A model generated the notes under the pieces. It was given only the letters and a program-made list of their open reading frames with translations, made no database searches and was not told where the DNA came from. A DNA stretch of 64,000 nucleotides from Promethearchaeia archaeon (GTDB taxonomy: Archaea; Asgardarchaeota; Lokiarchaeia; Sigyniarchaeales; SOKP01): assembly GCA_029856125.1 (NCBI GenBank), contig JAHQWJ010000136.1, positions 21,514 through 85,513 on the forward strand, in the 5' to 3' direction. The position numbers were made by a program, and so were the translations under genes. The stretch's first letter is position 1; the number at the start of each line of letters is the position of its first letter. This document shows positions 50,198 to 59,126 of this stretch, in pieces.

Positions 50198-51237
50198 ACT
50201 ACTTCTTCTATTTTCTTAGTCTTAGCACTTTTGTACATCGCCTCAACGATATTCAATATTTTATAACCATAAACGCTATCAGTAAGTGGTTTCTTATTAC
50301 TTAGAATGCAGTCAATAAAGTGAGTTATCTCTTGAGGATAACCAAAAGACCAAGCCTCAGTAGGAACGGGAAACGTCCATCCTTTCGTAGTTTCAGCTTT
50401 TTCTACAGCATATCCATACCCGTTTTTACTATACACGCTCACTAAATCAGAAAAAGTTGGAGCGACTTTAATTTGACCTTCGGTGCCAAATAGTTCAAAG
50501 CGCATGTCATAACCTCCTGGTGCTGTCCAAGATTCTTCGATTACTATTTGCGCATCGTTTTCAAAATAAAGAATTCCTACAGCGTTGTCTTCTACTTCAC
50601 AAGTTCCAAAAATCCCTCGATCGCTTTGTATTGTCCTGGTTTGGCAATACACTTCGCTAACTTCACATCCAAGATACCAAACTAAACAAGCAATATCGTG
50701 AATTCCTAAGTCTAATAACGCACCACCTCCGGATTCCTCCAACTTATAAAACCATCGAGAATGTGGTCCCGAATGTTGTTCTTTACCACGACCCATATAT
50801 ATTGTTCCTAAAGCGCCTTCCTTTATAATTTCTTTAACCTTACTAAATGAAGGAGCGTACATGTTGTTTTCACAATAAAAAATCTTCCGGTTTGAAGCTT
50901 TTTCTACATCTAACATTTCGCCTGCTTCTTTAATGTTTCTAGCCAATGGTTTTTCTACGAGTGCATGCTTTCCTGAGCGCAAGATATTACAGGTTACTTC
51001 TTTATGCAAATTATTTGGGACGCAGACAGAAACAGCGTCGCATTCTAATTTTAATAGGTCTTTATAATCAGTAAAGTAGCTATTGATAATATTATATTTT
51101 TTCATTAAATTATTGGCTTCATCTTTATTATTTGACGCTATTCCCACAATTTCTACATTTGGTAATGAGGAATACGAATAGCAATGATGGTCAGCAATAA
51201 AACCCGACCCAATAATGCCTACTTTAATCTTATTCAT
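50194..51237 (-). CDS. Gfo/Idh/MocA NAD(P)-dependent oxidoreductase
   Basis: GIIGSGFIA, VEKPLA, GGGALLDLGIH. Confidence 0.92.
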   Translation of the reverse strand: MNKIKVGIIGSGFIADHHCYSYSSLPNVEIVGIASNNKDEANNLMKKYNIINSYFTDYKDLLKLECDAVSVCVPNNLHKEVTCNILRSGKHALVEKPLARNIKEAGEMLDVEKASNRKIFYCENNMYAPSFSKVKEIIKEGALGTIYMGRGKEQHSGPHSRWFYKLEESGGGALLDLGIHDIACLVWYLGCEVSEVYCQTRTIQSDRGIFGTCEVEDNAVGILYFENDAQIVIEESWTAPGGYDMRFELFGTEGQIKVAPTFSDLVSVYSKNGYGYAVEKAETTKGWTFPVPTEAWSFGYPQEITHFIDCILSNKKPLTDSVYGYKILNIVEAMYKSAKTKKIEEVV

Positions 51238-51306
51238 TTTAATCCTCGCTTAATAATTCTAATTAATAATAATTTAGGTTTTTAACTTTATAATTGTAGT
51301 TGGATT

Positions 51307-52416
51307 TTATTTCCAGAAGTCCGAAGAAGAACTAAACCTTTTAATTTTGGAGAAAGGACAAGCAGCAATACAATTCCCACAATCACCTGAATTTTCGATC
51401 CAAAATTCGAAGCATTTTTCTACATCGACGTAGTATTTTTTAACACATGAATTGTTAGAAATCGTAGCTGGTTCAAAAGTGGGATCTTTTTCTTTGGTAA
51501 TTGCGTCGTTTTCGCAAGCTTCAGCGCATTTGTAGCAAGTTTTACAGAAATTCTGAACTTTTTTAATAAAATCTAAGTTCAGTTCATCAGCTATTAATGG
51601 CATATCCGTAAAAACTTTACAAATTCTAACTCTTGGACCATATTCTGGTGTGAGCAACAATCCATTTCTACCTAATGCTCCTAAACCTGCGTCAATTGCT
51701 AGAGGTATACTGAGTGCAGTGTCGTTACCACACTGGATCGCTCGATATCCTAAATTTCTGATAAATTCTCCTAAACAGGCGATCGTAAAAGCCATTTTTG
51801 AATAACCTACAGCTGAAGCAGCTGAAGCTGGTTGGGCAGGGGCAGTAGAAATTGCAATTTGGTCCATTTCGATAGCCATAACAATGACTTTATTTATCCC
51901 CTCTGGCAAGTTAATGGGACTTTCTAATATAGAATTAGACGCTTCACCCTTTCTGATCCTTTCTTTTGAATCTGCTTCGCTGGTTAATGTAGGTCTTACA
52001 AAACCGGTTTTATATATCCATCTCTCGTTAACATCTGCAATACCCACTAGTGATGCTCCATAAAATTTTGCCGCTTTTTTAGTCTTTTCAGTAAAAATTT
52101 TTAAGTCTTTAACAGGATATTTTTCTCTCATCCAGTCTACTCCGTATCCTATATCAGTTAATTCTTCTCTATGCCAACTAAAAGCTAAAGGAAAATTTTC
52201 GTAAACAGTCCATCCTGCTGCAACTAGCGCAAAATCAATCCGAGAATATCCATCCTTTCCCGAATTAATATGACTGTCTATATTATACTCGAACATTTTC
52301 CCATAAGTAGGTAGCGATTTATCCCATAATCTTCTATAAAGCACGTTATACTTCTGCTCGAAGCGACTGTAAGAATTTTCGTCAATTTCGTAGGGAAAGA
52401 TTTTTTTGGTTTGCAT
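51307..52416 (-). CDS. Reductive dehalogenase-like cobalamin/2x[4Fe-4S] protein (no Tat signal)
   Basis: K.AAKFYGASLVGI, PLAIDAGLG.LGRNGLL.TPEYGPRVR..KV.TD.PL, FCKTCYKCAEAC, CFEFW...CGNCIAACPF. Confidence 0.85.
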   Translation of the reverse strand: MQTKKIFPYEIDENSYSRFEQKYNVLYRRLWDKSLPTYGKMFEYNIDSHINSGKDGYSRIDFALVAAGWTVYENFPLAFSWHREELTDIGYGVDWMREKYPVKDLKIFTEKTKKAAKFYGASLVGIADVNERWIYKTGFVRPTLTSEADSKERIRKGEASNSILESPINLPEGINKVIVMAIEMDQIAISTAPAQPASAASAVGYSKMAFTIACLGEFIRNLGYRAIQCGNDTALSIPLAIDAGLGALGRNGLLLTPEYGPRVRICKVFTDMPLIADELNLDFIKKVQNFCKTCYKCAEACENDAITKEKDPTFEPATISNNSCVKKYYVDVEKCFEFWIENSGDCGNCIAACPFSKIKRFSSSSDFWK

Positions 52417-52551
52417 CTCAATCCTTTTTCTCAATTAAATTCTTTTTTTACTACTCTTTTAAAAGAGTTCAGCCTATTAAATATTATTTTAGGGCATGAA
52501 ATATAAAACTTTAAGAAGAAATTTATAAGGAAAAGTTTCATCATTTCCACT

Positions 52552-52845
52552 ATGCCAATATTTATTCTTGCAACTAAACTTCAAAACCCTAATTTAGTAA
52601 TAGATCGTAAAGAACACGGTGAAAAATTCTTAAAATTAGTTAAAGAAAAAGTTCCGAATGTTAAATGGATTGCACATTACGCAATATTGGGACCATATGA
52701 TTTTATAGATATTTTCGAAGCTGATAACGAACACGAAGCGGCGAAAGTTTCTTTACTTTCCCGAACTGTAGGGGCTGATTTTGCTGAAAGCTGGACTGCT
52801 ATTAAATACACAGAATTTCTTAAATTAGTGGAAGATTTAGAGTAA
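52552..52845 (+). CDS. GYD domain protein
   Basis: YAILGPYDFIDIFEA...AAKVSL. Confidence 0.85.
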   Translation: MPIFILATKLQNPNLVIDRKEHGEKFLKLVKEKVPNVKWIAHYAILGPYDFIDIFEADNEHEAAKVSLLSRTVGADFAESWTAIKYTEFLKLVEDLE

Positions 52846-52863
52846 AAGAAGTGTTGTTCACTA

Positions 52864-53232
52864 ATGAAGAGGTTTATAGTGCAAATAGGATCAGGAGTAG
52901 ATCAACACGGACATAATGATGATTGCACTAATGCCGCAATAAAGGCGGTTAAAAACGCAATCTCAACTAACTGTCTTACTGGTTTATTGGAGATTTGTGG
53001 TTTAAAAGAACCAAATGATCTTCAAAAAATGGTCGTACATGTGAAGATTGGAGCACCTTATCCCGAAAATGTTAAAAGAGAAAAAGTTTTAGAAGCTATT
53101 CCATTTGGTTCCAAATCAATTGAGATAGAAAAAGGAGGATTAGTTGCGGCAGGGATAATGATTAAAGAATTAGGAGATACAACTAATAAAATAATTGTCT
53201 GTAATGCGGCTGTAACTGTATCGATCTTATAA
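52864..53232 (+). CDS. Lin0512 family protein
   Basis: G.GVDQHG..D.T.AA.KAV.NAI, PFG, GGL, NAAV. Confidence 0.85.
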   Translation: MKRFIVQIGSGVDQHGHNDDCTNAAIKAVKNAISTNCLTGLLEICGLKEPNDLQKMVVHVKIGAPYPENVKREKVLEAIPFGSKSIEIEKGGLVAAGIMIKELGDTTNKIIVCNAAVTVSIL

Positions 53233-53269
53233 AAAGAGAAATAAGGACAATATATGGGGAAACAATATT

Positions 53270-53842
53270 ATGGTGAAGAGATGTAAATGGGCAGATTACA
53301 ATGACTTAATGAAGGCATATCACGATAAAGAATGGGGGACACCTGAGCATGATGAGAAAAATCTCTACGAACTCTTGATTTTGGAAGGAATGCAAGCTGG
53401 TTTAAGCTGGAACACAGTGCTTCAAAAACGAAACAATTTTAGAAAAGCTTTTGATAATTTTGACTACACTAAAATTGTAAGATACAAAGAAAATAAAATC
53501 AAGGAATTGATGCAAAACAAGGGAATAATTCGAAATCGATTAAAAATTCAATCCGTAATCACAAACGCTAAATCTTTTATTAACGTTCAAGAAGAATTTG
53601 GTTCATTTAATAAATATATATGGAATTTTGTGGATAATATACCAGTTCATAATTCTTGGAAAAATTTAGAAGATTTACCTCCAAACACTGAACTTTCTAA
53701 TAGAATTAGCAAAGATATGAAAAAAAGAGGATTTAAATTTATTGGAACGACTATTATATACTCCTTTTTACAAGCCATTGGAGTTATAAACGATCACACG
53801 ATTGATTGTTTTCGATATAAAGAATTATTTAATTCGCTTTAG
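53270..53842 (+). CDS. tag: DNA-3-methyladenine glycosylase I
   Basis: RC.W...YHDKEWG, LEGMQAGLSW, IIRNRLKI, GFKF.G, NDH..DC. Confidence 0.95.
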   Translation: MVKRCKWADYNDLMKAYHDKEWGTPEHDEKNLYELLILEGMQAGLSWNTVLQKRNNFRKAFDNFDYTKIVRYKENKIKELMQNKGIIRNRLKIQSVITNAKSFINVQEEFGSFNKYIWNFVDNIPVHNSWKNLEDLPPNTELSNRISKDMKKRGFKFIGTTIIYSFLQAIGVINDHTIDCFRYKELFNSL

Positions 53843-53844
53843 AT

Positions 53845-55146
53845 TTAAGTTAAATTCTCTAAGCCAATCTCTTCTTCTGCATATTTTTTTAAGGCAAGCC
53901 ACTGGTCATCGGTAGTTCCAAAATATTTAAAAACGGAAATACCTAAACCAAAATCAAAACCTCTCATTTGTTTCAGCATTTCAATAGCGTTACATTCAAC
54001 AGAATTTGTAACCGCTAATATTGGACTTTTAAATTCGTGTATTCGTTTTTTCATGTTCCTTATAAAATACCAATAGAAAAAATTGCCGAGCTTACCCCAA
54101 TACCACCCATCATCCCGAGTTCCCATCAAATAAGGATATTCCATAGGTGAGGAGACGTCTAAAATTGAAGAGAGTTTCGTCCAATCTTGACCTAAGCGTT
54201 TCCGAGTAAACATCTTTTTAGGCCCGGGAAGACAAAACCATCCAGAAGTACAATCTTTAGTGGTCTTTTTTATGACTGATTGAAGCTTTTGGGCGTATTC
54301 TGCTATCGTGTCTGACTTAAAATCGTACCATTCAGAGCTTTTAATAATTTTAGCCTTAGTTCCATGGTTTTTTCTAAACTTATCTAAACAACGATCACAA
54401 CAGCACAAATCCTTGAATGCGCCGTCATATCTAATATAATCAGCAAAAAATCCGCTTATAGAATATTGGTTTACTACTTCTCTTACTAGTTTTAAAAGAT
54501 AATCAACATGTTTGCTATTAGGGCACATAAAACTAGTAGTAGGAATAAAACCTTTTCCTCTAGCTCCCCTTACTTTTCCCCTTTTTTCATCAATCTTTTC
54601 AGTGAGAAAGGGTACTTTCTTTTTATAATCTTTAAATGACACACCCTCAGGCAAATCAATTCTCATCTCGCCCTCGTTGTGGGTCGATATTTCCCCTTTC
54701 TTGTAGTAAATTCCGGATTTTTTGCCCGTTGTCCCATGGATACTAACACGCTCAGGGTGGATAACACCTTGGTAAGCATCATTCATACTTGTGAACGAAA
54801 CCATTATTCTTATATTTCTATCTTTACCCACATCACAGAATTCCCCTAAAATATCTCTATTGATGGGATTCCATCCAATTTTCGTATCCCACATGCACGC
54901 TCCATCGGTGTCTTTAATAACAAGTCCAAAGACATTAAAATGGCTCTCCTCTAATTTATCCATAACTTCCTTTACATTCAATTCTTTCTCAGTATATTCG
55001 TAATCTAACTTTCTAAATCCTTGTGAACCTCTTACCGGCATTAATGCCATTGCATAAATTTTATTTGCCTTAAAAGCAGATTTTAATGCTGTTATTTTTT
55101 CTGGATCGGTTTTATAATAATCTGACCAATTAATTGCGCCTTTCAT
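53845..55146 (-). CDS. Putative glycoside hydrolase-like TIM-barrel protein
   Basis: KD.DG, D.LGEF..., MCPNS, Y.ISGFF.DYIRY, C.C..C...F, SPMEYP; resembles GHL10/DUF187-type proteins. Confidence 0.6.
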   Translation of the reverse strand: MKGAINWSDYYKTDPEKITALKSAFKANKIYAMALMPVRGSQGFRKLDYEYTEKELNVKEVMDKLEESHFNVFGLVIKDTDGACMWDTKIGWNPINRDILGEFCDVGKDRNIRIMVSFTSMNDAYQGVIHPERVSIHGTTGKKSGIYYKKGEISTHNEGEMRIDLPEGVSFKDYKKKVPFLTEKIDEKRGKVRGARGKGFIPTTSFMCPNSKHVDYLLKLVREVVNQYSISGFFADYIRYDGAFKDLCCCDRCLDKFRKNHGTKAKIIKSSEWYDFKSDTIAEYAQKLQSVIKKTTKDCTSGWFCLPGPKKMFTRKRLGQDWTKLSSILDVSSPMEYPYLMGTRDDGWYWGKLGNFFYWYFIRNMKKRIHEFKSPILAVTNSVECNAIEMLKQMRGFDFGLGISVFKYFGTTDDQWLALKKYAEEEIGLENLT

Positions 55147-55432
55147 CTTATCTCAATACTAATTAACTCTCTATTTTTCCAATTAATATCTTGAAGAACT
55201 ACAAAAAATAGATAATTTTACTCTTCAATTTCGATAATTATTTAAAACAATTCTTTTAGTAAATTTTTAAGGTTATTAGAATTTTTAATAATACAATCAT
55301 TTAAACATTTATATATACTAGAACGATTATTTATAATTGAAATCAAATTAAAATATATACTTGTCACATTAATTTAATATAGAAGACAAAACAATCAAGA
55401 ATGATACTTTATTAGGAGAAAAATGAACAAAA

Positions 55433-55963
55433 ATGTACGACGCTACCTTTAAAATAATAATTTTCGGAGACGCAGGTTGTGGGAAAACAACACTAACTCA
55501 AAGATTTTTAACGAATTTATTTGTATCAGATCAAACGATGACGATCGGAGTAGACTTTGAAGTAAAAAGCCTAGAAGTTGACGAACAAAAAGTAAAGTTA
55601 CAAATTTGGGATTTTGGAGGGGAGGAAAGATTTAGGTTTTTACTCCCTACGTACGTGAGAGGTGCTCGTGGCGGTCTGTTCTTATATGATATAACTAATT
55701 TTTCCTCAATTGCTCACATTGATGATTGGCTTAGCGTTATAAGAAAAGAAATAAGAGTTGAAGATATATTTCCCATTATAGCTGTTGGAGGAAAGGCAGA
55801 TTTAGTAGAAAGCAGAGAAGTCTCATCTGCAGAAGGTATTAAAATTGCGAAATCAAGAAAAGTGAACGGCTTTATTGAAACAAGCTCTAAAACGGGAGAA
55901 AATGTAGAAAAAACCTTTGAAGCATTAACGAGTTTAATGCTTAAAGATGTAAATAGAGTTTAA
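55433..55963 (+). CDS. Rab-like small GTPase
   Basis: GDAGCGKT, TIGVDF, KLQIWDFGGEERFR, GKAD, ETSSK. Confidence 0.95.
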   Translation: MYDATFKIIIFGDAGCGKTTLTQRFLTNLFVSDQTMTIGVDFEVKSLEVDEQKVKLQIWDFGGEERFRFLLPTYVRGARGGLFLYDITNFSSIAHIDDWLSVIRKEIRVEDIFPIIAVGGKADLVESREVSSAEGIKIAKSRKVNGFIETSSKTGENVEKTFEALTSLMLKDVNRV

Positions 55964-56027
55964 ATAATCAAACTCTATTATATTAAATCATTTGTTTTCA
56001 AAAGAAGCACTGTTTCTTAAAAAAATG

Positions 56028-56894
56028 TTATCTATTTATGATTTCAGTAATTTTTTCAGGTACTCTTGTAGTAATCCTCCGATTCAACACCATCGTTTGG
56101 TACTCCATGTCCTTTCTATATTGGTTCGCATACGAAATTAACTGCTCGATTATATCAATTTCTTTCTCAGCATCACTAATAAAATACCCTCCAAAACTGT
56201 GTATTTCAGCATAGTTCTTCTTAAGAATTTCCTGAAGCTCACCGGGTAACACATCGGTTCTATCTTTTAATGCTGAATTTATGGCATCAAGCAAACTTTT
56301 ATATCTTTCTTGTTTGCCGAACTGACATACTACGCATTTCGAGCTTCTATTTTTAAGAATATAAAGTATTATAATGCCAATTAGGTATCTAAAAGATTCG
56401 ACTACTTCATTAAATATACCTTTTTTCATGTATTTCTTCACGATAATTTCTGCAATTGAATATAAACTTGAGAAATATATGGCTCTGGAAAAATAAGCAG
56501 GGTCAACACAGAACAATCGTGTAAACCAAAATGGGCTAATTTCGTGAGGTGGATCTTCGTGAAAGATATAGTATACTAATCTTCCGTCTCGTTCTTTGTA
56601 TAGCGTCGTTTCTCTTTTGAGGATGTTTAAATAGGTTGAAATAGTGGAACGAGCGATATCTTTAAAAAATTTCTTATATTCTAATTCTACCTCATGTGTA
56701 GTGACTTTTTTTTTACCCTCGAGAAAAAATTTAAGCATGATACCTAAAATTCGATTCTCGTGAAGTCTCCCCGTTTTTATCTGTTGTTGCTCGTTCTCGT
56801 CTTCCCTAATGTTATAAATATCAATTAATTCAGGAGCGATTTCGTGAATTATTTTTTCTAATATGTAAACATTTAATTCAGTAATTTCTAACAA
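56028..56894 (-). CDS. Winged-helix DNA-binding protein
   Basis: TTHEVELEY...IARSTISTYLN.L......KERDGRLVYY; C-terminal CVVC. Confidence 0.7.
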   Translation of the reverse strand: MLEITELNVYILEKIIHEIAPELIDIYNIREDENEQQQIKTGRLHENRILGIMLKFFLEGKKKVTTHEVELEYKKFFKDIARSTISTYLNILKRETTLYKERDGRLVYYIFHEDPPHEISPFWFTRLFCVDPAYFSRAIYFSSLYSIAEIIVKKYMKKGIFNEVVESFRYLIGIIILYILKNRSSKCVVCQFGKQERYKSLLDAINSALKDRTDVLPGELQEILKKNYAEIHSFGGYFISDAEKEIDIIEQLISYANQYRKDMEYQTMVLNRRITTRVPEKITEIINR

Positions 56895-56953
56895 TCCTCA
56901 AAATTGATTTTTTTTCTAAATTATTAAAAAAAATGTAAACTTTTAATAATATT

Positions 56954-56973
56954 TATTCTAGTTAACTAGAATA
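56954..56973. promoter_or_regulatory. Perfect 20-bp palindrome; candidate operator
   Basis: TATTCTAGTTAACTAGAATA, ~60 bp upstream of the wHTH gene. Confidence 0.55.
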
Positions 56974-57101
56974 TTGTATGCAACATATAAAACTCCTATA
57001 AAAATGGAAAATTTAGTAATTTTTACATAATCATATTAAAAAATTAAAAAATATAAAAAAAATAAAAGAATTCTAGTTTTTTACGACTTCTATCTTGACG
57101 G

Positions 57102-58931
57102 TTATTGACCGTATTTTTCTTTCCAGATTGGATCGTTGATTTGTAATATCCTACGCTGAACTTTACCAAGGATATTTTTAGGAACTTCCGTGATAAACTC
57201 GATTTTTGCTGGACACTTCCATTTCGTTAAGTTTTCTTGCGTCCAAGTAATCAATTCCTCTTCAGTAATCTTACCGATGTATTCAGGTTTCAATTCAACC
57301 CAAGCTTTTGTGATTTCGCCGACTTTTCCTGCGGGATCAGGTAGACCAGAAACTGCTGCTTCAGACACTGCTTCGTGCTTCATTAACATCGATTCCACCT
57401 CTTTTGGAAAAACCGAATGTCCTGCTACTTTAATCAGTTGCTTTTTTCTGTCTCTGATCTCAATAGTTCCATCTTCATTCATAAAACCAATGTCTCCAGT
57501 TAAGAGCCATAATTTTCCTTTATATGTTTTAATAGTGTCGCTGGTTTCTTCAGGTTGATTGAGGTATTCGTACATAATTTGAGGACCGTGTACACAAATT
57601 TCACCAGTGTGTTCTTCTCCAAATTTAGTATCGTCCGGATTGCCTAAACAAATAGGTCCATCGTCAAAATTATCCGTTGGCCATATTCCCCATTCAGTGC
57701 CTGGGACGGGTAATCCTATAACTCCTATTGGACTTTCACTAAAAAGATTGCCTGCGCTAACAAGAGGCGAAGTTTCTGTTAATCCGTAACCTTCAACTAT
57801 ATTACCTCCTGTGTTATTTACAAAAGCATCTCGTACCGGTCGGTGTAGAGGTCCAGCTCCTGACGCACATAATTTTAATTTACCCATCACTCCCGGATAT
57901 TTCCCTTTGACATTTGGAAAATCGGCTAATCGCTTAAACAAAATTTCAGCACCGGCATACACTAATCCTTCTGGGGCTGGTAATTTTTCAATGTGTTCTA
58001 ATAGTTCTTCTGTGGGTGGAGGGGTTGGGAACATCATTATCCATCCTCCAAATGCGATAGTTGCGTTCATAACTATTGTATGAGCAAAACTGTGAAAAAA
58101 TGGAAGTACCCCAATATTTCCTATTCCTGGTTTTTCACCACCAAGCCAATATTTGGACTGATCCGCATTAGAAACTGCATTAAAATGAGTCAATACAGCC
58201 GCTTTTGGTACTCCTGTTGTTCCACCGGTCATTATATATGTAACTGGGTGCGTTTTGACATCGAATTTAACTTCCGGAACGTTTGGTTTAGTGTTTAATA
58301 AATCCATAAATTTAACTGCGCCGGGGACATTTACTTTTCCCTTAGGAATGATTCCTAGTTTCTTTCCTAATGCACGTTTAATACCTAAACCGTGTGCTAA
58401 ATCAGCAAGATTAGTATAGATGACTTTTTCAACGGTACTTTTTCCCAGAATCCCTCCAATATAAGGTAAATTTTTCTTTATTCTAGATTTGCTTTTCTCG
58501 TCAAAGAAGGCATCGTAAGCAATTAAGTATTTAGCGTTAGTTACATCTAATTGGTGCAATATCTCTAGTGGTTTATATGTTGGATTAATTCCCGAAGCGA
58601 TTGCTCCTATTCTTGTTATTGCAAAATAAGAAACTACATATTGAATACAATTTCCCATAAGTATAGCTACAACCTCGCCTTTTTTAACGCCTAGGTCGTG
58701 AAGCGCTGTTGCAAGGCTTAAAACATAATCGTGGAATTGACGATATGTAACCCATGTCTCCAAAAACCAGATAAAATTCTGCTCGCTATATTTTTCCACT
58801 TGAGCGTCTAAAAATTGATTTATCGTTTTTTCTTCGAATGTAACATTCTTTGGAACGTTATCCGGCCACCACTTTTTGAACCATATTTTATTTTCATTTA
58901 CTTGATAAGTATCTTCTTTTATAATAGGTAT
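57102..58931 (-). CDS. Long-chain fatty-acid--CoA ligase (AMP-forming), paralog 1
   Basis: MTGGTTGVPK, EGYGLTE, TGDIG, RDRKK, PKN..GK. Frame extends upstream of the ORF-track GTG (58799) to an ATA at 58931 by alignment with paralog 2. Confidence 0.92.
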   Translation of the reverse strand: MPIIKEDTYQVNENKIWFKKWWPDNVPKNVTFEEKTINQFLDAQVEKYSEQNFIWFLETWVTYRQFHDYVLSLATALHDLGVKKGEVVAILMGNCIQYVVSYFAITRIGAIASGINPTYKPLEILHQLDVTNAKYLIAYDAFFDEKSKSRIKKNLPYIGGILGKSTVEKVIYTNLADLAHGLGIKRALGKKLGIIPKGKVNVPGAVKFMDLLNTKPNVPEVKFDVKTHPVTYIMTGGTTGVPKAAVLTHFNAVSNADQSKYWLGGEKPGIGNIGVLPFFHSFAHTIVMNATIAFGGWIMMFPTPPPTEELLEHIEKLPAPEGLVYAGAEILFKRLADFPNVKGKYPGVMGKLKLCASGAGPLHRPVRDAFVNNTGGNIVEGYGLTETSPLVSAGNLFSESPIGVIGLPVPGTEWGIWPTDNFDDGPICLGNPDDTKFGEEHTGEICVHGPQIMYEYLNQPEETSDTIKTYKGKLWLLTGDIGFMNEDGTIEIRDRKKQLIKVAGHSVFPKEVESMLMKHEAVSEAAVSGLPDPAGKVGEITKAWVELKPEYIGKITEEELITWTQENLTKWKCPAKIEFITEVPKNILGKVQRRILQINDPIWKEKYGQ

Positions 58932-59126
58932 TTTTACTCACTCTCGTTGTTATCTAAATTGGTTTAAATATATGAATGCATCATTGTATATTATTTTCGT
59001 TGTTATAGAAATTAAAAAATATTTTACCTACTACACTAAAAAGCAAGAATTTTCTTACTAAAGTAGTTCAGAAACATATTTTAAAATGAAAAGGTTCAAA
59101 CTGTAACGAAGTTGAGAAAGTTGTTT

